Sequence record: MK327947.1
DNA from: Escherichia phage vB_EcoM_G5211
Length of the DNA stretch: 64,000 bases
Strand: one strand, 5' to 3'
The translations under genes were made by a program, and so were the position numbers. The notes under the pieces were generated by a model. That model searched no databases and was not told the DNA's origin. It saw nothing but the letters and a program-made list of their open reading frames with translations. Positions within the stretch are counted from its first letter, which is position 1. Each line of letters starts with the position of its first letter. Positions 63,245 to 64,000 of the stretch are shown piece after piece.

Positions 63245-63457
63245 TTAATTTTTACCCGCTCGTGCATTAATACGCATTTTCTGCATAGCCATGATCTGGC
63301 TTACTGCTTCTTCTTTACGTTCTTGCGTGATAACGTGACCAGATTCCGCAAACTCTCCCGCAACTTCTTCTACGATCTCGCGAATTTGAGAACGTCCAAA
63401 GATGCGGTTTCCTTCGTAGCCCATAAACTCGGTTACTACTTGCTCGATAGATTTCAT
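63245..63457 (-). CDS. small early hypothetical protein (70 aa from internal ATG)
   Basis: ATG directly after a cassette leader. Confidence 0.5.
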   Translation of the reverse strand: MKSIEQVVTEFMGYEGNRIFGRSQIREIVEEVAGEFAESGHVITQERKEEAVSQIMAMQKMRINARAGKN

Positions 63458-63515
63458 GTGATTCTCCTTTCGTTTGGTATGGGAGTATGTTACTACTCCC
63501 ATTTCTTTACGTCAA
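63458..63515 (-). promoter_or_regulatory. early promoter plus stem-loop cassette (PeSL-like)
   Basis: TTGACG; stem GGGAGTA-tgttac-TACTCCC. Confidence 0.55.
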
Positions 63516-63518
63516 CAA

Positions 63519-63680
63519 CTATTTTAAATTATTTTCGACCTTCATCCATTCCGCGTATTCTTGCGCGGCTACTTTCGGATTTAGTCCATCTTCGTACATT
63601 GCTTCAAGTAATTCTTTGTCGGTGGGCTTATACCCTAGATAAGCCTCCACCTGATTTTTCCAAATTTTATACCAGTTCAT
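63519..63680 (-). CDS. small early hypothetical protein (53 aa from internal ATG)
   Basis: The internal ATG follows the stop of the upstream ORF. Confidence 0.45.
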   Translation of the reverse strand: MNWYKIWKNQVEAYLGYKPTDKELLEAMYEDGLNPKVAAQEYAEWMKVENNLK

Positions 63681-63684
63681 ATTA

Positions 63685-63957
63685 TCACCAATCAAGAGCG
63701 CGTGTCTCTGCGTCTTCCCATGCTTGACCCATAACAGCCTTGAAAACATATTCTAGAGTATCATCTTTAGAGAATCCGAAGACCTTAGACGGGATATCTT
63801 CAATTGCTACTCCCGCAACTTCTGCATTGCGCGCTTGGCAGTAATGCAACTCTAAGTTATCGAGATAGCGACCGCCTAATTTCTCCATATCATCCCAGCA
63901 TTTCCAGTAACCTACTTTATCTGCAATTGCTAACACTTTGCTGTTTTTGTTGCTCAT
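63685..63957 (-). CDS. early hypothetical protein (90 aa)
   Basis: ATG behind a cassette leader. Confidence 0.55.
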   Translation of the reverse strand: MSNKNSKVLAIADKVGYWKCWDDMEKLGGRYLDNLELHYCQARNAEVAGVAIEDIPSKVFGFSKDDTLEYVFKAVMGQAWEDAETRALDW

Positions 63958-64000
63958 CTTTGATTCTCCTTTTGTTTGGTATGTGTGTATTATGCAATGA
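63958..64000 (-). promoter_or_regulatory. partial early promoter cassette (leader and -10; -35 lies beyond the window)
   Basis: Conserved leader GGAG..CAAACAAA..CATACC and CATAAT at the window edge. Confidence 0.4.

Overview
This 64-kb window is a contiguous segment of a T-even (T4/T2-like) myophage genome. It runs from the 3' part of gene 23 (major capsid protein) through gene 24, a hoc region, uvsW/uvsY, the baseplate block 25-26-51-27-28-29-48-54, alt, an accessory field of small early ORFs, DNA ligase 30, 31, cd, pseT, spanin-like genes, rnlA, denA, nrdB/nrdA, td, frd, 32, 59, 33, dsbA, rnh, the long-tail-fibre genes 34-35-36-37, adhesin 38 and holin t, ending in another field of small early ORFs. 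Assignments rest on translated ORFs compared from memory with T4/T2 proteins and on motifs read in the sequence; no database search was run. Late genes lie on the + strand behind TATAAATA late-promoter motifs; early genes lie on the - strand. More than 20 small early ORFs are each preceded by a repeated ~60-70 bp cassette (early promoter plus stem-loop, PeSL-like) with compensatory changes in the stem. The most unusual items are (1) a tight three-gene operon (DUF262/ParB-like, zinc ribbon, C5-cytosine-methyltransferase-like) that lacks a cassette, (2) a frameshift-interrupted gp38 adhesin, (3) a second Hoc-family gene with a displaced C-terminal tail, (4) thymidylate synthase with a ~120-aa in-frame insertion, and (5) a second Alt-like ADP-ribosyltransferase coupled to a lipoprotein. 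Coordinates of promoters, terminators and repeats are approximate to a few bases.
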